Shown: positions 27,765 to 35,555 of the stretch, piece by piece
Layout: each line of letters begins with the position of its first letter
Position numbering within the stretch: the stretch's first letter is position 1
Position numbers and translations under genes: made by a program
The notes under the pieces: model-generated
Told to the model about the DNA's origin: nothing
Seen by the model: the letters and a program-made list of their open reading frames with translations, nothing else
Database searches by the model: none
DNA from: Minisyncoccia bacterium
GTDB lineage: Bacteria > Patescibacteriota > Minisyncoccia > UBA6257 > 2-01-FULL-56-20
Assembly (NCBI GenBank): GCA_049997875.1
Contig: JBEKRC010000001.1
Span: forward strand, 108,609 to 172,608
Direction of reading: 5' to 3'
DNA: 64,000 bases

Positions 27765-29387
27765 ATGATCGCAAAAGCTCTCCGACGGATTGAAGATGTC
27801 ACTGCGCCGTTTTGGCAATGGTGTGCCGGCTTCCTCGGCATTCTTTTCGTCAGGTTTTTTCTAGAAAACCTTTCAAGCCCCGCGCCCAGTTTCCCGGGAA
27901 CGCCTGACGCCGCAACGCTCGTCCATTATTTTCTCTTCTACGTGACGATTTTCATCTCCTTCTCTCTTGTTCTTTACCTATTCATTCCGGACCTCACAAA
28001 GATCACAAAATTCTTATTCTTCGGTTTGCCGATTATTTGGCTTCCTCCCATTGTTGACCTCATCGTTTCGCACGGCGGGGGATACCACATAGCCTACATA
28101 TTCCCGGAAAACATAGGGGCGCTTTGGAATGACTTTCTGCGAATGGGAGGCTCCTCACCGCTCGGGGGGGTAACCCCCGGACTCCGTGCGGAACTTATTG
28201 CAATTCTCGCCGGTTCCCTGGCGTACGCGTTCGTAAAAACGAAGAGTGTTATCAAATCGATTGGTGCCGCTTTCTCCATGTATCTTGTGTGGTTTTTCCT
28301 ATTTGTCTTTCCTGCCCTCATCGCCGCGGCAGCCCGCTTGTGGGCCGGAGGATCGCCCGTGGCGCCATTGCTCTCTTCTCTCACGTCGGGATTCCTGTCT
28401 TCGCATCTTCTCCCAAATTTCATCAAGCCAAATCTTCTCCCTTCCTATGTGCACGCAACAGAAATCGGGTTTAACATCGGAACAGCCGCCATCTTTTACC
28501 TTTTTGATTTCATTCTTATCGCATACTGGGCATTCCTTTGTAACCCCAGGACGGTCGCGGCGCTCGTTCACAACGTGCGCCCCGGAAGAACCGCGTATTA
28601 CCTCGGCATGATCGTGCTCGGCGTAATCATAGCGGAGAAACTGGGGCCTGCCTCGGCCTTCACGAGTTGGGTTGACTTCGTACTTTTCCTCGTTCTCCTT
28701 CTCGCGTATTTCTCCGCATTCCTCTTTGCCGTTGGCATGAACGACCTTGCCGACGTGAAAATCGATCGGATAAGCAACAGCCATCGGCCACTTCCGTCCG
28801 GCATACTTAGAGAAGCAGACATTGCGAACAGCAACGTCTTCTTTCTTACCTCCTCGCTCATAGGCGGATTTATCTCGGGTTACTGGACGCTCTTCGCCAT
28901 CGCGGTTTTCACTGCGGCGTATTATATCTACTCGGCCCCCCCGCTGCGCCTGAAGCGCATTCCTTTTATCTCCACTTTCCTTATCGCAATCGCAACGCTC
29001 GGAACGCTCATGGCGGGTTTTTATTTTGCCGACGCGAACAAGTTGGTGTCCGATTTTCCGATCCGGCTTGTCGCACTCATTCTCATTTGCATTACGCTCG
29101 CCGTGAATTTCAAGGACATCAAGGACGTTGCGGGGGATCGCGCGGACAATGTTTGGACGATTCCCGTCATCTTTGGCGAGGAGCGCGGAAAACAGATCGT
29201 GGGTATTCTCCTCGCGGCGGCGTTCCTCGCCGTTCCCGTGATCCTCGCGAACTGGCTTCTCTTTCTGCCGTCGCTTGCGGCCGCAATCCTCGGCTACATA
29301 TTCAGCATCGCGAAAAACTACCGCGAGTGGAAAATTTTCGTGCTCTATTTCTTATATCTCGCAGTTGTCGGCGCAATCCTTCTTTAA
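27765..29387 (+). CDS. UbiA-family prenyltransferase with an extra N-terminal polytopic membrane domain of about 260 aa
   Basis: Two Asp-rich UbiA motifs: NDLADVKIDRISNSHRPLPSG at about aa 325, and DIKDVAGDRADNVWTIPV later. In ordinary UbiA enzymes the first motif lies at about aa 60-70. The full 540 aa are hydrophobic throughout. Confidence 0.7.
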   Translation: MIAKALRRIEDVTAPFWQWCAGFLGILFVRFFLENLSSPAPSFPGTPDAATLVHYFLFYVTIFISFSLVLYLFIPDLTKITKFLFFGLPIIWLPPIVDLIVSHGGGYHIAYIFPENIGALWNDFLRMGGSSPLGGVTPGLRAELIAILAGSLAYAFVKTKSVIKSIGAAFSMYLVWFFLFVFPALIAAAARLWAGGSPVAPLLSSLTSGFLSSHLLPNFIKPNLLPSYVHATEIGFNIGTAAIFYLFDFILIAYWAFLCNPRTVAALVHNVRPGRTAYYLGMIVLGVIIAEKLGPASAFTSWVDFVLFLVLLLAYFSAFLFAVGMNDLADVKIDRISNSHRPLPSGILREADIANSNVFFLTSSLIGGFISGYWTLFAIAVFTAAYYIYSAPPLRLKRIPFISTFLIAIATLGTLMAGFYFADANKLVSDFPIRLVALILICITLAVNFKDIKDVAGDRADNVWTIPVIFGEERGKQIVGILLAAAFLAVPVILANWLLFLPSLAAAILGYIFSIAKNYREWKIFVLYFLYLAVVGAILL

Positions 29388-29399
29388 TAGCGCGATCTG

Positions 29400-30515
29400 T
29401 TATGTCTTCGCGAACGGATTCTGCGCTCCGTATACCTCAAAGTGCACGTGGCAGCCGGTTGCATCGCCGGTCTCGCCCATAAGCCCGATGACCTGTCCTT
29501 GCTTCACGTAATCTCCGATCTGCACCAGTATTTTTTCCAAGTGAGCATAGCGCGTGCGTACGCCGTCGCCGAAGGGATGCTCTATAAAAACAAAATTGCC
29601 GTAGCCCTCGTTCCAGCCGCCGATAGTGTCCGGGATGGCATCGTCGGGAACGACGAGCCCCTCGGCCGCGGCAACCACCGGAGTCCCGCACGAATTTGCA
29701 ATATCAACCGCGTTGTAGTGATGGAGGATCCCCCAATCGTAGCCGTTGGTAGGCATGATGAAATCCCCGTTGAGGTCCGGGAGCACGGAAGCGCTCGCGA
29801 GAATGGCAGCGTCCGTGCCGCCAGGTATGATAACCGGCGTTCCTGCATCAAGCGAACCGAAATTCACGCCCTGATTAAACTGCACTATTTTATCTTGAGG
29901 GATCCCGAACGAATCGGAGATTGACTCAAGCGTATCTCCGCTCTTTGTCTGGTACACCACGCCGGAGGTCGGCAATATTTTCAATTTCGTGCCGACCGCA
30001 AGCGCGGCAGCTCTCACGTCGGGGTTCGCGCTCACAATGGTATCAACCGAGATGCCGAAATTGGAGGCGATCTGTGAAAGCGTGTCTCCTTTTTGAACCA
30101 CATACGAGATCATGCCCGACCGGTCAAACGCGGGGCCGATCGGTGTTCCCGTGTCCTTTATCGCAGCATTATCGGAACTTTCGGAGGGAGCGATTTCTGC
30201 AGCTGCCGAGACAGAGCCAGAGCCGGGATCCCCGGGAAAAGTGGCACTGCCTGAATCTGTAGGAGCTACCCCGTCATTCGCGAGAAGCGCCGCGGCCGTC
30301 CCCTCAAACCCCGCGCCTTCGGCATTTGCGACGAAAGACGGAGAAGAGGCAGGGCCTCCGAGAACCCCCCGTTCCTCCGCGGGTCCGGTCTTCCCCGAAA
30401 ACCAGGCGCTTGCAAGAAGACACCCCATAACCAAAAAAGCAGCCACGGTTAATGGCTTATCTTTCCCATATAATTGTTTTACTATCGTACTAATAGAGAT
30501 AAGCATAGCATACAT
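29400..30515 (-). CDS. LysM-domain M23-family peptidoglycan metalloendopeptidase
   Basis: Two LysM repeats (YVVQKGDTLSQIASNFGISVDTIVSANP; YQTKSGDTLESISDSFGIPQDKIVQFN) and a C-terminal M23 domain (GNFVFIEH...HLE...TGCHVHFEV). An N-terminal signal anchor is present. The start is uncertain because it overlaps the pcrA start. Confidence 0.8.
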   Translation of the reverse strand: MYAMLISISTIVKQLYGKDKPLTVAAFLVMGCLLASAWFSGKTGPAEERGVLGGPASSPSFVANAEGAGFEGTAAALLANDGVAPTDSGSATFPGDPGSGSVSAAAEIAPSESSDNAAIKDTGTPIGPAFDRSGMISYVVQKGDTLSQIASNFGISVDTIVSANPDVRAAALAVGTKLKILPTSGVVYQTKSGDTLESISDSFGIPQDKIVQFNQGVNFGSLDAGTPVIIPGGTDAAILASASVLPDLNGDFIMPTNGYDWGILHHYNAVDIANSCGTPVVAAAEGLVVPDDAIPDTIGGWNEGYGNFVFIEHPFGDGVRTRYAHLEKILVQIGDYVKQGQVIGLMGETGDATGCHVHFEVYGAQNPFAKT

Positions 30516-32448
30516 GGCAGCTCAAAATCAACCAAACAAGGTTTTCTCCCTAAATCCCGCCCAGAAAGCGGCTGCCGAAGCGCCCATTTCCCCTTTATTA
30601 ATAGTGGCCGGGGCCGGAACCGGGAAAACTAGGACATTAACGAGCCGCATCGTGCACCTTGTGGAAACCGGGGTTCCGCCGGAGAGGATATGCGCGATCA
30701 CCTTCACCAACAAGGCGGCGCAAGAGATGAGGGAACGGGCGACGAAGAGCTCCGCGGGCGGCCGCGGCGAGCCATTCATCGGCACGTTCCACTCGCTCGG
30801 AGCTCGGATACTGCGGAAGGAATGCCGGGCGGTCGGCCGGACGCCGAACTTTGTGATCTTTGACGACCACGACTCTTTTGATCTTGTAAAAAAGATCGTG
30901 AAGGGGTTTGCGAAAAGCGAAGCGGGCAAAAAGGACACGCCGGCATTTTTCGCGGGGAAAATCTCCCTAATCAAAAACCTTGACGATGCGCTTCGGTCCC
31001 TTAAGGAAACGGCTGAGCGAAAGAAGCTCATTGAAAATGTTTTTGAAAGATACGAGGCAGCGCTCCGCGCAAACAACGCGTTTGACTTTGACGACCTCAT
31101 TGAAAAGCCGGTTGCGCTTTTTAGGCAACGGCCAGAAATTCTTGAAACATATCAGATGAAATTTGACGCAGTTCTCGTTGACGAGTACCAAGACATCAAT
31201 CCGAAGCAATACGAACTTGTGAAGCTCCTTGTCGGCCGACACAACAATTTGAGCGTAGTGGGGGACGACGAACAGACCATCTATAGCTGGCGATACGCGG
31301 ATATAAAAATGTTTCTTGATTTTGAGAAGGAGTGGCCCGCCGCGAAAATATTCTTCCTTGAAGAAAATTATCGCTCCACGGGGAATATTATCCGCGCCGC
31401 GCAAGCGGTCGCGGAGAACAACCGCTGGCGCGCACCGAAAAAATTGTGGACGCAGAAGCCGGAAGGGGAGCGCGTTGCGCTTTTTGAGGCATGGGGCGAG
31501 AACGACGAAGCGGAGTGGATCGCAGAAGAGATCCGAAAAATAAAACGGCGCGACGCGCTGGCAGAAGTCGCGATCCTGTACCGGACAAACGCGCAGTCGC
31601 GCGCGATAGAACAGGCGCTTATCCGCCACGATATGCCGTATCAAATTTTCGGCGGACTGAAATTCTACGAACGGCGCGAGGTAAAAGACGTGCTCGCCGC
31701 GCTCCGTGTAGCCGCGAATGACCGCGACTCGCTCGCGCGCGAGCGCTTGGAAAAAAATCTTTCCAAGAAAAAGTTTGCCGCGTTCAAAGAAAGGATCGCG
31801 CCCATGGAGCGTCGCAAGCCCCTGGACATCATCAATATTTTCCTTGAAACCTTCGGCTATTTTGACTACTTAGAAGAGGGTTTTATGAACGCCGACGAGC
31901 GGGAGGAGAACATCGCAGAGCTTATACGTTTTGCCTCGGAATTTGAAAATCTGCCGGATTTCCTTGAAAAAACAAGCCTTTTGCAGGCAACCGACGTTGA
32001 AGCGGCAACTGCGGGCGGGACGGCAGCCATGGGCGGAGCGGTGACGAGCGGAACCGCGGCGGGCAGGGCGGGAAGGGCGCGCGCGAAACGAAGCCGTGGT
32101 AATGACGACAAAAAAGAAAAGGTAAATCTGATGACGATCCACCTTGCGAAGGGACTTGAGTTTGAAAACGTGTTCGTCGCTGGCGTGGCTGAAGGGCTGC
32201 TGCCACATGTCCGGTCAATGGACGACGAACTTTCGCTTGAGGAAGAACGCCGGCTGATGTATGTCGCGATGACCCGTGCGAAAGAAAAATTACATCTTAG
32301 TTTTTATGGCATGCCGTCGCGGTTCATCGCGGAGATTCCAGAGGAGTGTCTCGCGCTTACCGATATCACCAATGGCACCGATGGCACGGGTGCAACGATT
32401 GTTGTGGACGACGAAGATGAGCTTGAAGAAAAAATAATAGAAATTTGA
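30514..32448 (+). CDS. pcrA: ATP-dependent DNA helicase, UvrD/PcrA family
   Basis: Walker A AGAGTGKT, helicase motifs (FDAVLVDEYQD; VGDDEQTIYSWRYAD), and the C-terminal LMTIHLAKGLEF and YVAMTRAKEKL motifs. It contains an Ala/Gly/Thr/Arg-rich low-complexity insertion. Confidence 0.9.
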   Translation: MAAQNQPNKVFSLNPAQKAAAEAPISPLLIVAGAGTGKTRTLTSRIVHLVETGVPPERICAITFTNKAAQEMRERATKSSAGGRGEPFIGTFHSLGARILRKECRAVGRTPNFVIFDDHDSFDLVKKIVKGFAKSEAGKKDTPAFFAGKISLIKNLDDALRSLKETAERKKLIENVFERYEAALRANNAFDFDDLIEKPVALFRQRPEILETYQMKFDAVLVDEYQDINPKQYELVKLLVGRHNNLSVVGDDEQTIYSWRYADIKMFLDFEKEWPAAKIFFLEENYRSTGNIIRAAQAVAENNRWRAPKKLWTQKPEGERVALFEAWGENDEAEWIAEEIRKIKRRDALAEVAILYRTNAQSRAIEQALIRHDMPYQIFGGLKFYERREVKDVLAALRVAANDRDSLARERLEKNLSKKKFAAFKERIAPMERRKPLDIINIFLETFGYFDYLEEGFMNADEREENIAELIRFASEFENLPDFLEKTSLLQATDVEAATAGGTAAMGGAVTSGTAAGRAGRARAKRSRGNDDKKEKVNLMTIHLAKGLEFENVFVAGVAEGLLPHVRSMDDELSLEEERRLMYVAMTRAKEKLHLSFYGMPSRFIAEIPEECLALTDITNGTDGTGATIVVDDEDELEEKIIEI

Positions 32449-33338
32449 TGACGTCAAAAAAATCGCTCGGCCAACATTTTCTAAGAACCCGACTGGTCGC
32501 GAACAAAATCACCGACACGATCCGGCCGGAACGCGGTGAAATTATTTTTGAGATTGGCCCGGGGCATGGAGAGCTCACCCGACCGCTCGCGGAGATCTGT
32601 CGCGCTCGCGGGTGCGCGCTTATTGCCATAGAAAAGGACCGGCAGCTTGCGTTAAAACTCCAAGCGCAATCTTGGACAAAAGAAATAGAAATCATCACGG
32701 GTGACGTGCTCACGGTTTTCGCGTCCGGGCGCGCAAGTGAAATCTTCCGCGGCAAGCCATACAAAATTGTCGGCAACATCCCATACTATCTCACCGGACA
32801 TCTCCTACGGATCATAGGCGAACTCACGCCAAGACCCGCGCGCTGCATCCTCATGCTTCAGAAAGAAGTCGCGGAGCGGCTTGCGGCGAAGCCACCGATG
32901 ATGAACCGGCTGGCCGCAAGCGTGCAATTCTGGGCAAAACCGGAAATCCTCGGCATTGTCCCGAAGGAAAACTTTGCGCCGGCGCCAAAGGTGGACTCGG
33001 CGATACTATCGCTTGACGCGAAAGATGCAAAAAGGAAGCAGAATGTTTCCGACGGCGCGACCGAAGCGGCGACTGAGGGAGCGGCCGAAGCCACGGCGGA
33101 AGCCATTGCCGAAACCGCCGCGGAAGCAAGCCGCTATTACGCGGTCGTCCGCACGCTTTTCGCACAACCGAGGAAAACCGTCCTCAACAACCTCGCGGCA
33201 AAGAACCCATTGGTACAAAAAGGCGAGATAGCAAGCGCCCTGCGCGCGATCGGTATAATGCCCGACTTGCGCCCTCAAGATCTCTCCGTGGAAAAAATCG
33301 CGGCAATCGCCGAAATCACGGAAATCGCGTTTTCTTGA
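32445..33338 (+). CDS. rsmA: 16S rRNA (adenine1518/1519-N6)-dimethyltransferase RsmA/KsgA
   Basis: LGQHFL... and a FEIGPGHGELT SAM-binding motif. It carries an Ala/Glu/Thr-rich insertion (EAATEGAAEATAEAIAETAAEAS). Overlaps the pcrA stop by 4 nt. Confidence 0.85.
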   Translation: MMTSKKSLGQHFLRTRLVANKITDTIRPERGEIIFEIGPGHGELTRPLAEICRARGCALIAIEKDRQLALKLQAQSWTKEIEIITGDVLTVFASGRASEIFRGKPYKIVGNIPYYLTGHLLRIIGELTPRPARCILMLQKEVAERLAAKPPMMNRLAASVQFWAKPEILGIVPKENFAPAPKVDSAILSLDAKDAKRKQNVSDGATEAATEGAAEATAEAIAETAAEASRYYAVVRTLFAQPRKTVLNNLAAKNPLVQKGEIASALRAIGIMPDLRPQDLSVEKIAAIAEITEIAFS

Positions 33339-33368
33339 CAACGCCATTGCGCTATAATTGGAATATCA

Positions 33369-35552
33369 ATGAACATCAAGAAGTTGATCACTTCTTTTCT
33401 TATCCTAGCTGCGCTTGCCGCTTCGTCGGCGCTGCTCCTGTCAAACGAAAATTGGTTCTCCTCTTCTCGCAGTCCCGCGGCGCAGGTCTCGTTAGGTAAC
33501 GACGAAAGCGCGCCGCCGATCGCGAGCAATAATGCCTTTCTACCAACGACCCCGCAAGGTGCGGGCATCACGCAAGACGAAAACGACGATTCCGCCGCCG
33601 TAGACGACCCCAACAATCTCACCGGCGTGGTCGTCAATTCTTTCATGAACAACATTCTTGCCTCAAACCCTTCGGGACCGCAGCAAAACGCCAATGGCGA
33701 TGACACGCTCACCTTCAACCCCAACGAGGACCAGATGACGGGCGCGCTTGCCCAGAGCGCCACGCTTCAGCACTTATACATCCCGAATTGGGATCTTGAC
33801 GCGCTTGAACAAAAACTCAATATCGCGACCACCTCTTCCCCCGATGATATCGCGAACTACAGCGATGCCCTCAACGGCATTTTTAATAAAAATTTCGTGA
33901 GTTCCGGCGTTCTTACCATTGCGAACGGGGATAACGCCGATATAGGCAGCGCTCCTCTCATGGCATCCTCAACCGACGCCGCCCTCGCGGCCACTGCCCA
34001 GCTTCGAACGCCCGCGAATCTCGTGGACTTCCAAAAAAGTCTGGTAAAGGTACTTGTGTATCAGAAAAACGCCCTCGCTCTTATTGAAGGCACAAGTGGC
34101 GACCCCGTCAGGGCATCGCTCATCTTCCAAGCCCAGGAACCGAGGTACAACGCCGCCCTGCAGGATTTTGAGAATGAACTGCAAAAGGCGCAATCCAGTG
34201 GAACATTTTCGTTCGGTAATGTTCCCGCGCGCAGCGGCACCGGATGGTCCGCCGCGGTTCTGGGCCTCATTGGGATACGAACCGCGTATGCCCAATGGCC
34301 GACGTTTGACTTTAGTGTTTTCGCGAACCAAATAGAGCAGTTCATTAAAACCATCCTTCTTCAGATCGTGAAGAACTCTCTGATCAGCTTCATTCAGCAT
34401 AAAATAGTAAGTTGGATATCCAATCCCAAAAATCCAAAGTTCATCCAGCAGTGGGGAGGGGAGTTATCAAACGCGTTCGTGGCAGCGGCCAACAGTACGC
34501 TTTCACAAATAAGCCCGAACCTTTCCCCGTCGTTCGGACCCTTAGTAGGCTCTGCGCTTAAACCCCAAAAGAGTGCGGTATCCGGCATCCAATCAACTTT
34601 AGATAACGACTTAGCGAACCTCGGGACAAACCAACAAAATTTCTACAACAACTTCAGCCAGGGAGGCTTTGATGCATATTTTGACCTTTTTAAACCGGAC
34701 AACAACTTCTTCACTGCATTTATGGATACGCAGGATGCCATGCTTGCCGCCGGCGGCAAGTCGGCGCAAACCGCACAAACGAAGGCGGTTGCCGGCCAAG
34801 CCAGCCGCGGCAACCAACTTTGCAGCGACGGTAGCAATCCTTACGCAACCCACATGGGTTGCGACGAAGGATCTCTCGCAACCACCACCTACGGCAATGA
34901 GTGTATGTCCATCGGCGGCACCCCGCTCGGCCCCCCGGACAAAGTTAACAACGGGGGACTTTGCGCCAACGGTGACGATCCTACCGTCACGTCCCCGGAC
35001 CAAGTAACAAAGGCGATTCAAAGCGCAGGCCTCAAAAGTCCCATTGACCTTATCGTGAACGGCGACGACGTTACAGGACTCGTGATCGCGATGACAGAAT
35101 CGGTTCTGACGAACCTTGTGAACCAAGGCCTCAATGCTGTGGAAACTGGCCTTTCCGGCGCACAGAACCCGTCGCCCGCGACCGTCGCCGCAGATAACGC
35201 AGCGGTGAACGGCACCGTAGCCAGCAGCACGCCGCCGGCACAACCCGTCACCTGCATGCCGAAATCGCAATCGGCCACGATCGCGCTCGGAAGCAGCAAT
35301 CAGGCCTATGTTACGTTCGAGGTCACCGGCGGCGTCATGACGGCAACCAGCACAAACCCAACGTATACCTGGACCGCAAACTGGCCAGTTGGAGGAGCGT
35401 GGGGAGTGTGGGGAAGCACGGGGACGGGAACCGGAAGCACCTTCTCGGTGACTTTCACCGCGAATACCGCGGGGACGTACAACTATACCGCTACCGTGAC
35501 CGCTTCGCCGGGCGGCAGCGACTTCTGCCAGGTCCAAATTACGGCATACTAG
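33369..35552 (+). CDS. Large secreted or membrane-anchored hypothetical protein (727 aa); first gene of the T4SS-like operon
   Basis: An N-terminal signal/TM segment (ITSFLILAALAASSALLL), a long Asn/Gln/Ser-rich body, several Cys pairs, and a C-terminal Thr/Gly-rich beta-rich region. No family recognised. Confidence 0.6.
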   Translation: MNIKKLITSFLILAALAASSALLLSNENWFSSSRSPAAQVSLGNDESAPPIASNNAFLPTTPQGAGITQDENDDSAAVDDPNNLTGVVVNSFMNNILASNPSGPQQNANGDDTLTFNPNEDQMTGALAQSATLQHLYIPNWDLDALEQKLNIATTSSPDDIANYSDALNGIFNKNFVSSGVLTIANGDNADIGSAPLMASSTDAALAATAQLRTPANLVDFQKSLVKVLVYQKNALALIEGTSGDPVRASLIFQAQEPRYNAALQDFENELQKAQSSGTFSFGNVPARSGTGWSAAVLGLIGIRTAYAQWPTFDFSVFANQIEQFIKTILLQIVKNSLISFIQHKIVSWISNPKNPKFIQQWGGELSNAFVAAANSTLSQISPNLSPSFGPLVGSALKPQKSAVSGIQSTLDNDLANLGTNQQNFYNNFSQGGFDAYFDLFKPDNNFFTAFMDTQDAMLAAGGKSAQTAQTKAVAGQASRGNQLCSDGSNPYATHMGCDEGSLATTTYGNECMSIGGTPLGPPDKVNNGGLCANGDDPTVTSPDQVTKAIQSAGLKSPIDLIVNGDDVTGLVIAMTESVLTNLVNQGLNAVETGLSGAQNPSPATVAADNAAVNGTVASSTPPAQPVTCMPKSQSATIALGSSNQAYVTFEVTGGVMTATSTNPTYTWTANWPVGGAWGVWGSTGTGTGSTFSVTFTANTAGTYNYTATVTASPGGSDFCQVQITAY

Positions 35553-35555
35553 CGC

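Noticed and set aside
30506-30516. Divergent LysM-M23 peptidase and pcrA genes appear to share overlapping start codons (CAT/ATG at 30513-30516)
   Set aside because: This is most likely a start-codon mis-assignment. The peptidase probably initiates at a downstream Met (M4), and the promoters lie within coding sequence. Not enough evidence for a real regulatory overlap.
34611-35537. 308-aa minus-strand ORF inside the 727-aa secreted-protein gene
   Set aside because: It is antisense to a long co-directional operon gene. It is very Arg/Gly/Cys-rich, an antisense signature, and nothing supports it.
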